Assembly: GCA_963713975.1 (NCBI GenBank)
Contig: OY970218.1
Coordinates: forward strand, 736,001 to 800,000
From: an uncultured Chloroflexia bacterium
GTDB lineage: Bacteria; Chloroflexota; Limnocylindria; Limnocylindrales; CSP1-4
Reading direction: 5' to 3'
DNA: 64,000 nucleotides
Shown here: positions 26,315 through 35,197 of the stretch, piece by piece
Layout: every line of letters begins with the position of its first letter
How positions within the stretch are numbered: the first letter of the stretch is position 1
The notes under the pieces: generated by a model
The model's input: only the letters and a program-made list of their open reading frames with translations
Databases searched by the model: none
Told to the model about the DNA's origin: nothing
Translations under genes and position numbers: made by a program

Positions 26315-27661
26315 TCAGCGCCCTCCTTCCTGAACGGCGCGCGGCGCGGACGTCATGGCCCGGAGCTCGGCCGGCAGCTCGTGGCCGACGAGGGCCGCGG
26401 CCGCCTGCATCGTCTCGATCAGGGTCGCGTCCGCGGTCGCTTTGCGGTGCGGCTTGATGTCCCCATTGTGGTGCGCGTTCCGGAACCGGACGGTCCACGG
26501 GTCCAGGCCCACGCGCTCCGCGATCCTGTCCATCTGCACCTCGATCGCGAAGCTGCCCATCGTGACGCCGAAGCCGCGCATCGCCGACGTCGGGGTGCGG
26601 TTGGTGTAGATGCAGTAGCCGTCGATCGACACGTGGGGGATCCGGTACGGCCCTGCCGCGTTGGCGGCGAACTTGGTGACCGCGTACGGCGTCTGGCGGC
26701 TGTACGCGCCGCAGTCCATATATCCGGTGACCTTGCGCGCGACGATGGTCCCGTCGGCCATCACGCCATCCCGGTAGCGCAGGATCTCCGCGCTGCGAGT
26801 GGAGCTGACCTGCATCTCCTCCTGGCGACCGTAGACGTACCGGACGGGCCGCCCGGTCTTCATCACGCCGAGGGTGGCAAGCGGCTCCACGATGACGTCC
26901 ACCTTGCCGCCGAAGCCACCACCCACCATGCCGCCGATGAAGCGGAGCCGGTTGGCGGGGACCTGGAGGATGATCGTGGTGTTGTCGAGGCTGAAGTACA
27001 GCGCCTGGGTGTTGGTGTAGACGGTGAACCGGCCGTTGGGCTCGGGGACGGCGATGCAGCCCGTGGTCTCGAGCGGCGCCTGCTCGATGGGGCTCGTGCG
27101 GTACTCGCCCTCCACGATGTGGTCGGCCATCGCAAAGCCCGCCTCCACGTCGCCGTAGCGGACGCGTCGGCAGGGGTGGCCCTCGTACATGAACGTGTTG
27201 TTGCCCCAGTGGGTCACGATCGGGGCGCCGGGCTTGAGCGCCTCCTCCATGTCGAAGACCGCGGGCAGCTCCTCGAGGTCGAGGCGAACAGCGGCGACCG
27301 CCTCGTGGGCGGCGGCCTCGGTCTCGGCGAGGATCGCGACGATCGGCTCGCCCTTGTAGCGGACGCGGTCGACCGGGAGGACGAACTCCTCCTCGGGCTC
27401 CACGCCGATCAGCCCCAGGATGGTGTAGACGTTGTGCGGGACGTCCTCGTGGGTCAGCGCGCGCACGAAGCCCGGGACGCGCTCCGCCTCGGAGAGGTCG
27501 ATGCCCCGGATCCGCGCGTGATGGAGCGGGCTGCGCACCATCTTGAGGTGGAGCATCCGCGGGAACGTGAGGTCGGCGCTGTACTTGGCGCGCCCGGTGA
27601 CGAAGCCGACGCCGTCGCTGCGCTCGACCGACTGGCCGACGACGTGGAGGTCGCTGGTCAT
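26315..27661 (-). CDS. Xanthine dehydrogenase-family Mo-binding subunit, N-terminal half
   Basis: VTGRAKYSADL, VRSPLHHARI, VRYKGEPIVAI, VGGGFGGK, GPYRIP, SAMRGFG. Confidence 0.9.
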   Translation of the reverse strand: MTSDLHVVGQSVERSDGVGFVTGRAKYSADLTFPRMLHLKMVRSPLHHARIRGIDLSEAERVPGFVRALTHEDVPHNVYTILGLIGVEPEEEFVLPVDRVRYKGEPIVAILAETEAAAHEAVAAVRLDLEELPAVFDMEEALKPGAPIVTHWGNNTFMYEGHPCRRVRYGDVEAGFAMADHIVEGEYRTSPIEQAPLETTGCIAVPEPNGRFTVYTNTQALYFSLDNTTIILQVPANRLRFIGGMVGGGFGGKVDVIVEPLATLGVMKTGRPVRYVYGRQEEMQVSSTRSAEILRYRDGVMADGTIVARKVTGYMDCGAYSRQTPYAVTKFAANAAGPYRIPHVSIDGYCIYTNRTPTSAMRGFGVTMGSFAIEVQMDRIAERVGLDPWTVRFRNAHHNGDIKPHRKATADATLIETMQAAAALVGHELPAELRAMTSAPRAVQEGGR

Positions 27662-28167
27662 CGCCCCGCCTCCGACGCAGCCGCCCCGGTGGCCGCGGCC
27701 GCCCCGGCCGCCGCAGCAGCCTCGATCGCCTCTACGATCGGCCCGTACCCGGTACAGCGGCACACGTTCCCCGATAGCGCGTCCACGATCTCGTCGCGGC
27801 TCGGAGCCGGGTTGTGGTCCAGCAGCGCCTTTGCAACCATCTCCATGCCCGGCGTGCAGTAGCCGCATTGGAAGCCGTTCGCGTCGAGGAAGGCTCGCTG
27901 CACGGGGTGCAGGCCCTCGGCCGGGGTGAGCCCCTCGAGCGTCGTGACCCGGCGGCCCGCGACGTCCTCGACGGGGAGCAGGCACGACACCATGGGCTCG
28001 CCGTCCACGAGGACGGTGCAGCTGCCACAGCCTCCCTGTCGGCAGCCCTCCTTGACCGAAGCGTGGCCCAACTGGGACCGGAGCACGGCCTGGAGCGTGG
28101 TCAGCGGCGCGACCATCACCTCCACGTCCTGCCCGGAGAGCTCGAAGCCGACGATGACCGAGGCCAC
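27658..28167 (-). CDS. 2x[2Fe-2S] small subunit (CoxS/XdhC-S type)
   Basis: KEGCRQGGCGSCTVLVDG, QCGYCTPG, GNVCRCTGY. Confidence 0.95.
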   Translation of the reverse strand: MASVIVGFELSGQDVEVMVAPLTTLQAVLRSQLGHASVKEGCRQGGCGSCTVLVDGEPMVSCLLPVEDVAGRRVTTLEGLTPAEGLHPVQRAFLDANGFQCGYCTPGMEMVAKALLDHNPAPSRDEIVDALSGNVCRCTGYGPIVEAIEAAAAAGAAAATGAAASEAGR

Positions 28168-28168
28168 G

Positions 28169-29017
28169 CTACCCCTCCCTTTCCGACATGGGAGCCAGCT
28201 CCGAGAGCGCTCGACGGACGAACACGCCGACCATCCTCCGCCGATACCAGTCGCTAGCGACCGCGTCCGTGATCGGGTCGCAGTCCTCCATCGCCGCCGC
28301 GGCGGCCGCCTCGATCGTGGCCTCGTCCAGGCGCACGCCGGTGATCCTGGCCTCGGAGCGCGCCATCCGCAGGGGGTGCGGCCCGGCGGCGCCGAGGGCG
28401 ATCCGTGCGCTCGTCACCGTCTCGCCGTCCAACACCGCGTGCACCGCGACCGTCACGACCGCGGGGGTGTTCGCCGCCTTGCGCCCGAACTTGACGAACG
28501 CCGTGCTGCCCGCCTCGACGGGGACGACGATCGAGGTCACCAGCTCGTCGCCCGCAAGGGCGGTCGTCATGAAGCCGGTCCACAGGTCGGCAAGCGGCAG
28601 GATCCTCTGCCCGGCCGGGCCGGTGACCATCACTCGGGCATCCAGCGCCAGCAGCGCCGTGGCGACATCCCCACCGGGCGGCGGCGTGAACAGGTTGCCG
28701 CCCACGGTGCCCATGTTGCGGATCGACCAGCTCGCGGTCCGGCTTGCGGCCAGGCGCAGCAGCGGGATCGCGTCCTGGCCCAGCAGCTGGGTCAGGGTCA
28801 CCGTCGCCCCGATCCGGAGCTCGTCGCCCACGCGCTCAACGCGGTCGAGACCGGTCCGCCGGAGGCCCATGACCCGTCGCGGCAGCGAGATGCCCTCGTT
28901 GACGAGCGGCATCGCAACCGTGCCGCCAGCCATGACCAGGAGCTCCGGGCCATGCTCCGCGAGCAGCCCCAAGGCCTCCGGCACCGAGGCGGGCAGGTAG
29001 TAGTTCGAGACCGTCAC
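28169..29017 (-). CDS. FAD-binding medium subunit (CoxM-type)
   Basis: YYLPASVPEAL, AGGT, IRNMGTVGGNL, ARIALGAAGPHP, ASDWYRRRM. Confidence 0.92.
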   Translation of the reverse strand: MTVSNYYLPASVPEALGLLAEHGPELLVMAGGTVAMPLVNEGISLPRRVMGLRRTGLDRVERVGDELRIGATVTLTQLLGQDAIPLLRLAASRTASWSIRNMGTVGGNLFTPPPGGDVATALLALDARVMVTGPAGQRILPLADLWTGFMTTALAGDELVTSIVVPVEAGSTAFVKFGRKAANTPAVVTVAVHAVLDGETVTSARIALGAAGPHPLRMARSEARITGVRLDEATIEAAAAAAMEDCDPITDAVASDWYRRRMVGVFVRRALSELAPMSEREG

Positions 29018-29463
29018 TCGGAGCCCTCCGTGGCGAGACGAGAATCCAGGGCGCGCAACCCCTGGGCAATCAGCGATCCGGCGAACCGCTCCGCGAAGCG
29101 CGAGTCGAGCCGGGCGAGGGGTCCGTCGATGATTGCGGAGCCCTGATAGTCCAGGTTTGTCCCGGCACCGGCGGCCCGCAGGACGAAGTCGGCACGGCCC
29201 GTGATCGTCCCCATCGACCCCTCGAGAGTGCCGTCCAGTCCGGCGCGCTCGGGCTCGACCACGTCCACCAGGGTGACGTGAGTCCGGTAGCTGCCGACAA
29301 CGCCCGGCAGGCGGAGCGTGATCCGCCCGTCGTACCGGTCCGGGGCGACCTGCTCCACGATCTCGCAGCCCGGGATGACCGCCATCAGGATGCGCGGGTC
29401 GCGGATGGCGGCGAAGACCGCCTCCCGGGGGGCATCGAACCGGTGGGAGCCGTGGATGTTCAC
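29014..29463 (-). CDS. CoxG/SRPBCC-family protein
   Basis: GSHRFDAPREAVFAAIRDPRILMAVIPGCE, GPLARLDSR. Confidence 0.85.
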   Translation of the reverse strand: MNIHGSHRFDAPREAVFAAIRDPRILMAVIPGCEIVEQVAPDRYDGRITLRLPGVVGSYRTHVTLVDVVEPERAGLDGTLEGSMGTITGRADFVLRAAGAGTNLDYQGSAIIDGPLARLDSRFAERFAGSLIAQGLRALDSRLATEGSE

Positions 29464-30263
29464 GCCTTTGGCCTCGCCGAGCCCGTCGCCCGCACGAGGG
29501 CCTCCTCGATGTGGTCCAGGTGGGCGCCCATCGCGAGGGCCGCGGCGTCCGGGTCGGCGGCGCGGAGCGCGGCCACGATGGCGACGTGATCCTGGAGCGC
29601 CCGCTCGCGGGTGGCCCGGGTGGCACCGGTGAGCTCGCGGCTCACCCTCGCGAGCGTGTTGATGATGCGCATGAACTGGGCCAGCAGGAAGTTCCCCGCG
29701 GCCTCGCACACGGCGTCGTGGAAGTCGATGTCGAGGCTGCTGAACCGGTCCGCATCCCCGACGGCGGTCCGAAGGCCCGCGAGAAGGCCGTCGAGGCGGG
29801 CGACCTGCGCCGGCGTGATCCGCTCGGCGGCCAGCCGCACGTTGCCGATCTCCACGACACGCCGGGTCTCGATCACCTGGGCGAGCGCGACCGGGTCCTT
29901 GGAGAACACGAAGTCCAGGTGGGAGACCAACTGCTGAGGCTCCAGGGCCGTGATGTAGGTGCCGGCGCCCTGGCGGATCTCGACCACGTTCATGATCGAC
30001 AGCGCGCGGAGAGCCTCCCGGAGCACGGGGCGGCTGACGTGCATCGCAGCGGCCAGCTCACGCTCGGCGGGGAGCTTGTCGCCGGGCCGCAGGCTCTCCG
30101 CCCGGATCAGGTCCAGCAGGCGGGCCGCGATCTCGTCCGGGAGGGTGCTCCGGTTCATCACGGCGAACTGGGGCCACGCCGGGCCCGCGCCACCCGCGGA
30201 TGCCGCGGCCGTGGCCAGCCCCTGCGTCGCCACCGCCGCGCTCGCGTCCAGTGTTGCTGCCAT
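29460..30263 (-). CDS. GntR/FadR-family transcriptional regulator
   Basis: LRPGDKLPAERELA..VSRPVLREAL, RQGAGTYI, FCD domain (LDIDFH...AAGN, DHVAI, AMGAHL). TAGCAT 7 nt before ATG suggests a leaderless mRNA. Confidence 0.92.
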   Translation of the reverse strand: MAATLDASAAVATQGLATAAASAGGAGPAWPQFAVMNRSTLPDEIAARLLDLIRAESLRPGDKLPAERELAAAMHVSRPVLREALRALSIMNVVEIRQGAGTYITALEPQQLVSHLDFVFSKDPVALAQVIETRRVVEIGNVRLAAERITPAQVARLDGLLAGLRTAVGDADRFSSLDIDFHDAVCEAAGNFLLAQFMRIINTLARVSRELTGATRATRERALQDHVAIVAALRAADPDAAALAMGAHLDHIEEALVRATGSARPKA

Positions 30264-30297
30264 TGACGGGATGCTAGGGCGATCTGATAAAGTCGTC

Positions 30298-30314
30298 AAC
30301 TGGTCAGGCCAATT
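30298..30314. promoter_or_regulatory. Putative FadR-subfamily operator in the divergent promoter region
   Basis: aactggtcaggccaatt is an imperfect palindrome resembling the AATTGGTNNNACCAATT boxes of PdhR/LldR-type regulators. It lies in the AT-richer gap next to the regulator gene. Confidence 0.65.
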
Positions 30315-30342
30315 ACAACCCCATGGACCGGAGGCCCAGGCA

Positions 30343-30630
30343 GTGATCGAGCGCCACATCACCTTCAGCGTCCACCCGGACAAGACCGCCGAGTTCGAGC
30401 GCTTCTTCTCCGACGAGTACCGCCCGCCGGTCCTGGACATGCCCGGGCTCATCGAGTGCGTCCTCCTGCGCGAGGCGGAGCACGCGGATCGCTACCAGAT
30501 GGTCTTCCGCTGGGAGGCTGCGGAGAACGCGGTCGCGTGGCGCGTGAGCGAGGTGCACCAGGCCCTCCAGCCAGCCCTGAACGCCCTCCACGCCGGCATG
30601 GAGATCACCGCCTACAGCAAGGTCGCCTGA
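30343..30630 (+). CDS. ABM (antibiotic biosynthesis monooxygenase)-like dimeric barrel protein
   Basis: RBS GGAGG then GTG. PGLIECVLLRE...YQMVFRWEAAENAVAWRVSEVH. Confidence 0.75.
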   Translation: MIERHITFSVHPDKTAEFERFFSDEYRPPVLDMPGLIECVLLREAEHADRYQMVFRWEAAENAVAWRVSEVHQALQPALNALHAGMEITAYSKVA

Positions 30631-30667
30631 GCAGCGACCGAGCCCGATCCGGGCAAGGAGGCACGTC

Positions 30668-31660
30668 ATGGCGGACGAGAAGTTCCTCGTCACCGGTGGG
30701 ACGGGCTGCATCGGCTCGTGGGTCGTCCGTGGCCTCGTCCGCCAGGGCGCTCCCGTCACCGTGATCACGACCGGCCGGCGCCGGGACCGCCTGGCGCTGG
30801 TCCTCACGGAGGCCGAGCTGGCCCACGTGGAGGTCGTGGAGGCGGACGTCAACGACCTCGAGATGATCGAGGCCGCCGCCCGGCGCACCGGGGTCACGAC
30901 GATCGTCCACCTCGCCGCCCTCCAGCTCCCGCTCTGCGCGGCTGATCCCGTCGGCGGCGCGCGCGTGAACGTCCAGGGGACTGCATCTGCCTTCGAGCTC
31001 GCGCGCCTGCTCGGGATCGGGCGAGTCGTGTACGCGAGCAGCGCGGCGGTGTACGGGCCGAAGGACCACTACGCAGACGAGGCGGTGGGCCCCGACGCCG
31101 AGCTCTTCCCGACCTCGCACTACGGCGTGTTCAAGGTCGCCAACGAGTCGGCCGCGCGGGTCTACTGGCAGACGGGCGGCATCGCGAGCATCGGGCTGCG
31201 CCCGCACTCCGCGTACGGCCCCGGCCGGGACCAGGGCGTCACCTCGAAGCCGACCGTGGCGATGATCGCCGCCGCCGCCGGGCGCCCCTACCACGTGGAC
31301 TTCGGCGGGAGCTACCAGTTCCAGTTCGTGGAGGACGTCGCGGCCGCGTTCATCGCCGCCGCCCGCGCCGAACGGCCCGGAGCGGACGTGTTCAGCATCG
31401 GCGGTCCGCGGATCGGCGTGGACCAGATCGTCCGGGAGATCGCGGACCAGGAGCCGTCCACGCGGGGCCGGATCACCTTCGGCGACCGCATCCTCCCCTT
31501 CCCCGCCGCGTTCGACGGGGAGCCCCTCGAGGCCGCGCTGGGGGCGCAGCCGGTCACGTCCCTTGCCGATGGCGTCCGCCGGACCATCGAGACCTACCGT
31601 GCCGCGCTCCGCGACGGCCGGCTGGGCGACGCGTTTCTCGACCGCGTCCTGGCAGGCTGA
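30668..31660 (+). CDS. NAD-dependent epimerase/dehydratase (extended SDR)
   Basis: VTGGTGCIG, VHLAAL, YASSAAVYG, YGVFK (YxxxK), YGPGRDQG. Confidence 0.9.
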   Translation: MADEKFLVTGGTGCIGSWVVRGLVRQGAPVTVITTGRRRDRLALVLTEAELAHVEVVEADVNDLEMIEAAARRTGVTTIVHLAALQLPLCAADPVGGARVNVQGTASAFELARLLGIGRVVYASSAAVYGPKDHYADEAVGPDAELFPTSHYGVFKVANESAARVYWQTGGIASIGLRPHSAYGPGRDQGVTSKPTVAMIAAAAGRPYHVDFGGSYQFQFVEDVAAAFIAAARAERPGADVFSIGGPRIGVDQIVREIADQEPSTRGRITFGDRILPFPAAFDGEPLEAALGAQPVTSLADGVRRTIETYRAALRDGRLGDAFLDRVLAG

Positions 31661-31662
31661 TA

Positions 31663-32307
31663 ATGGACGCCGATGGCCTCGCCGGACGCCTCGCGCACTT
31701 CCGGGTCGTGCCGGTCGTCAGCATCCAGGCGGCCGCGGACGCGCCGGGCCTCGCGGGCGCCCTCGCTGCCGGCGGGCTACCGGTCGCCGAGATCACCTTC
31801 CGCACCGACGCGGCGGCCGAGGCCATCGCCGCCATCCGCTCGGCCCACCCGGAGGTGCTCGTCGGGGCCGGGACGGTGCTCGACGTGGGCACCGTGGACC
31901 GGGCCCTGGACGCGGGTGCGGAGTTCATCGTGGCGCCCGGGTTCAACCCCAGGGTGGTCGACCACTGCATCACGCGCGGCGTGGCGGTGATCCCGGGCGT
32001 GGTGACGCCGACCGAGATCGAGGCGGCCCTTGCGCGTGGCCTGAGCCTCGTGAAGTTCTTCCCGGCGGAGGCAGTCGGCGGCACGCGCTACCTCAAGGCC
32101 GTCGCCGCCCCGTATCGCTCGGTCCGGTTCATGCCGACGGGTGGCGTGAGCCCTGCCAACCTGGCGGAGTACCTCGCGCTGCCGTCCGTGACCGCCTGCG
32201 GAGGCAGCTGGATTGCGACCGCCGAGGCGATCGCCGCGAACCGCTGGGACGAGATCAGCCGGCTCGCCGCGGAGGCGGTCACGATCGCCAGTGAGGTTGC
32301 ACGGTAG
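31663..32307 (+). CDS. eda: KDPG/KHG aldolase
   Basis: AEITFRT, VGAGTVL, FIVAPG, PGVVTPTEI, VKFFPAE, FMPTGGV, ACGGSW. Confidence 0.95.
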   Translation: MDADGLAGRLAHFRVVPVVSIQAAADAPGLAGALAAGGLPVAEITFRTDAAAEAIAAIRSAHPEVLVGAGTVLDVGTVDRALDAGAEFIVAPGFNPRVVDHCITRGVAVIPGVVTPTEIEAALARGLSLVKFFPAEAVGGTRYLKAVAAPYRSVRFMPTGGVSPANLAEYLALPSVTACGGSWIATAEAIAANRWDEISRLAAEAVTIASEVAR

Positions 32308-32695
32308 CCGTCGCGTGCGGTCTGCCCCTGGCCCGCGGCGCCGCCCCCTCGCGCCGGGCAGCGGTCCAGGGCCGCCGGCCATTGTCACCTGGCCGCCAGG
32401 GGGACCATCTGGCGAACGCGTTCGCTGTTCGGTCCGATGATGGCGAGCAGGACTTGGCCTTGCGACGGCCCGGAGGCAGGCCGGACCCCGATTGGGCCGC
32501 GTAGCGGACCAACCGAAGATCGCGTTCGCTGAATGGTCCGCCCCGCGGACAGGCCGGCACCGTCGAAGGCCCTCCGCACCCGGGCCGCCCGGTCCAACGG
32601 CCCCGGCCCCGACAGGCCGCCAACCGATCCGGGGTTATCCTTCCCCGCGCCACACCGTGGGGCCGGAGCGCCCGACATCATCACCGGAGGCACAC

Positions 32696-33031
32696 GTGTT
32701 CTCGTTCCTGCGCCGCCTCGGCGGTCCCCAGATCGACGTCGTGGAGCTCGACGCCCTGCTGAAGCAGGGGGCGATCCGCGTCCTCGACGTCCGCGAGGAC
32801 TCGGAGTTCCGGAGCGGGCACCTGCCGGGTGCGATCCACATCCCGGTGAAGAAGCTGCCCGACAAGGTCGCCAGGCTCAAGCACGACAAGCCCTACGCGG
32901 TCATCTGCGCCTCCGGCAACCGGAGCAGGGGCGCCACCAACCTCCTGCTCGACGAAGGGTTCGAGGGCACCGTGTCGGTCCGCGGCGGGACGAGCGCCTG
33001 GGCGCGCAGCGGGCGGCCGATCATCCGCTGA
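32696..33031 (+). CDS. Single-domain rhodanese (sulfurtransferase)
   Basis: LDVRE..EF..GHLPGAIHIP, active loop CASGNRS, GGTSAW. RBS GGAGG. Confidence 0.9.
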   Translation: MFSFLRRLGGPQIDVVELDALLKQGAIRVLDVREDSEFRSGHLPGAIHIPVKKLPDKVARLKHDKPYAVICASGNRSRGATNLLLDEGFEGTVSVRGGTSAWARSGRPIIR

Positions 33032-33045
33032 CCAGACGGCGCGGG

Positions 33046-33073
33046 GCACCGCGCGGTCTTTGCGCCGCGGTGC
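33046..33073. terminator. GC-rich hairpin between convergent genes
   Basis: gcaccgcg...cgcggtgc 8-bp stem, no U-tract. Confidence 0.4.
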
Positions 33074-33079
33074 TCCGCC

Positions 33080-33493
33080 TCACTGGCGCGGCGTGAGGTC
33101 CTCCGCACTCGGGTTCGCGCCCGCGCCCTGGCCAGAGGCCGCAGCCGTCTCGAGCGCCCGGCGACGCCACGGCACGACGCCGTCCAGCTCGATCTCGAGC
33201 GAGAAGCTGAGGAATGTCCGGACGAGGACGATGATCCCCAACGCCACCGCGCTCTCGACGGTCGTTTCGATCGCCACGGTGAGCACGATGTCCGCGACGA
33301 TGAGGACCTCGAGGCCAAGCAGGATCGTCCGTCCAATGTTGCCGCGCAGCCGGACGTAGGCCAGCTTCGGGTCCATCTGCCGGAGATCACGCACATATCC
33401 GGCCAGCCCCAGGACCGAGCCACCGATCAGGATCGCCACGCCCAGGGCCTCGAACGCCTGGACGGCGAGGCTCAGGATCTCCTCGAAGGTCAT
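33080..33493 (-). CDS. DUF1622-family membrane protein
   Basis: GRTILLGLEVLIVADIVLTV, LGIIVLVRTFLSFSLEIELDGVVPW. Confidence 0.9.
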   Translation of the reverse strand: MTFEEILSLAVQAFEALGVAILIGGSVLGLAGYVRDLRQMDPKLAYVRLRGNIGRTILLGLEVLIVADIVLTVAIETTVESAVALGIIVLVRTFLSFSLEIELDGVVPWRRRALETAAASGQGAGANPSAEDLTPRQ

Positions 33494-34086
33494 GTGCTGC
33501 TCTCCGCATCGGTGCCGGGCGCGTCGGTGGCGCTCGCCGCCGGACCCTGCCGGCCGGCGATCCACGACTCGAGGACCTTGCGGTGCCTGTCCTCCAGCTT
33601 GACCAGCTTGCGCTTCGACGTCAGCAACTCGTCCACGTCGTCGAAGCTCATCCCCTCGGCCTGCATCAGGTAGGCCGCCAGGACCGTGGCGGAGCGGCCC
33701 CGGCCCTTCGCGCAGTGGATGAGGACCGTCCGCCCCTCCGCGACCCGATCCGAGATCCAGGGCACGGCGTCATCGAGGACGTCGGCACCGGGCACGGTCA
33801 CGTCGGGCACGCGGTACTGCCGCAGCGCCACGTCGTGCTCCGCGAACCACGCCGGCTCGGACGTCCGCTCCGCGCGCATGTCGACGACGGCGGTGATCTC
33901 GAACGCCAGCAGAGCGTTGAAGTCGCGCTCGTAGGTCGGCGCTCCACCCAGCCACAGGTTGGGCGTGATCTCCGTGAACCAGACGTGGCCCTGGACCCGT
34001 TCGTAGGTGAACCGGATCGCCGGGTACAGCTTGTCGAACCCCCGGTGGAACAGGCTGAGCCCCTCCGCCGGCTCAGGGGATGGCAA
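33490..34086 (-). CDS. Dual-specificity (Cys-based) phosphatase
   Basis: CX5R loop HCAKGRGRS, ITPNLWLGGAP, VVDMRAE, general-acid VPD. The TTG start is uncertain. Confidence 0.88.
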   Translation of the reverse strand: MPSPEPAEGLSLFHRGFDKLYPAIRFTYERVQGHVWFTEITPNLWLGGAPTYERDFNALLAFEITAVVDMRAERTSEPAWFAEHDVALRQYRVPDVTVPGADVLDDAVPWISDRVAEGRTVLIHCAKGRGRSATVLAAYLMQAEGMSFDDVDELLTSKRKLVKLEDRHRKVLESWIAGRQGPAASATDAPGTDAESST

Positions 34087-34993
34087 CGGTCAGCGCCTTG
34101 GGCATGACGTCCACGGTGATCGGCGTCCGCCCGATGTACTCGCCGTCCGTCCATACCGGCTGGTCCGGCTCAACTTCGAGGGTGATCACGCTGGCCTGCC
34201 GGAAGTGGCTCAGCGCGCCATCCATCTGGACGCCGAGGAACCGCTTGGACGCCGCCTTGATCGTGTCCAGATCGTGCTTGTCCACGACGAAGCAGTCGAG
34301 CAGCCCGTCGTCGATGGAATAGGTCTGCGTGATCTTGAGACCGGTGCCCATCATCCCCGAGTTCACCAGGTAGACCTTGGTGCCCTCGAACTCCCCGACC
34401 TCCCCGTCGACCGTGGCGCGGTACCGGTGGCGTTCATCACCACGACCCCGGGAGGCCATCGAGATCGCGTAGGCGAAGACCCCGTACTTGTCCTTCATCT
34501 CGCGGCTGGTCTGCTCCTCGGGCTCCACGCCGACGTAGAGCCGCTGGATGAAGTACCGGTCGTCGACCTTCGCCTCGCCAACAGCACGCAGCCGGCCCAC
34601 GTCGATGGCACGGGTCCTCGTGCTCGTGCACAGGGCGACCACGGCCTCACGCAACTTGCCCGGCACGCCGAGCTCGTGACCAAAGCCGTTGCCGGTGCCG
34701 CCCGGCAGCACGCCCATCACCGTCTGCTTGCCGGTCTCGACCGCGGCGGTCACGACGGCATTGGCGATCTCGTGCTGGGTGCCGTCACCGCCGTACCCGG
34801 CGACGAGGTCGACGCCGTCTGCGATGGCCGCGCGAGTCTGCGCCTTCGCGTCGCCGTACTTGTGGGTGACGCTGATGTCCCAGGCGACCTCGTACTGGCG
34901 GAAGACGTCGTTCAGCGTGTTCAGGATGGCCCCGTCCTTCCCGGACGCCGGGTTGACCACCACGTGGACCCTGCCGTAGGGCGCAGCTGCCAT
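34073..34993 (-). CDS. Diacylglycerol/lipid kinase family (YegS/BmrU-like)
   Basis: VVNPASGK, GGDGT, LPGGTGNGF, IDDGLLD, TDGE. Confidence 0.9.
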   Translation of the reverse strand: MAAAPYGRVHVVVNPASGKDGAILNTLNDVFRQYEVAWDISVTHKYGDAKAQTRAAIADGVDLVAGYGGDGTQHEIANAVVTAAVETGKQTVMGVLPGGTGNGFGHELGVPGKLREAVVALCTSTRTRAIDVGRLRAVGEAKVDDRYFIQRLYVGVEPEEQTSREMKDKYGVFAYAISMASRGRGDERHRYRATVDGEVGEFEGTKVYLVNSGMMGTGLKITQTYSIDDGLLDCFVVDKHDLDTIKAASKRFLGVQMDGALSHFRQASVITLEVEPDQPVWTDGEYIGRTPITVDVMPKALTVAIP

Positions 34994-35161
34994 CGAATCC
35001 TCCGACCCTGGGCGCTCCTCGGATGCTCGAGCCCCATCGATCCCAACAGACTACGCCACGCAGGACCGCGCGAGAGGCGGCGACCGGCGCTCGCCTGTCG
35101 ACCCGCCCAGTGGTGCGCGGTTGCCCTTGACGATCCCCGGCGGGTGGGGCAAGAATCGGCG

Positions 35162-35175
35162 TGTAATCGATTTCT
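35162..35175. promoter_or_regulatory. LacI-family-like operator upstream of the inositol dehydrogenase
   Basis: tgtaatcgatttct fits TGNAANCGNTTNCA except at the last base. No LacI gene lies in the window. Confidence 0.5.
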
Positions 35176-35197
35176 GGTCTTGTACTCGGAGTAGGCG

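Noticed and set aside
25293-29463. Aerobic CO dehydrogenase (coxMSL plus coxG)
   Set aside because: The active-site loop is AMRGFG, not AYxCSFR (form I) or AYRGAGR (form II), and the large subunit is split.
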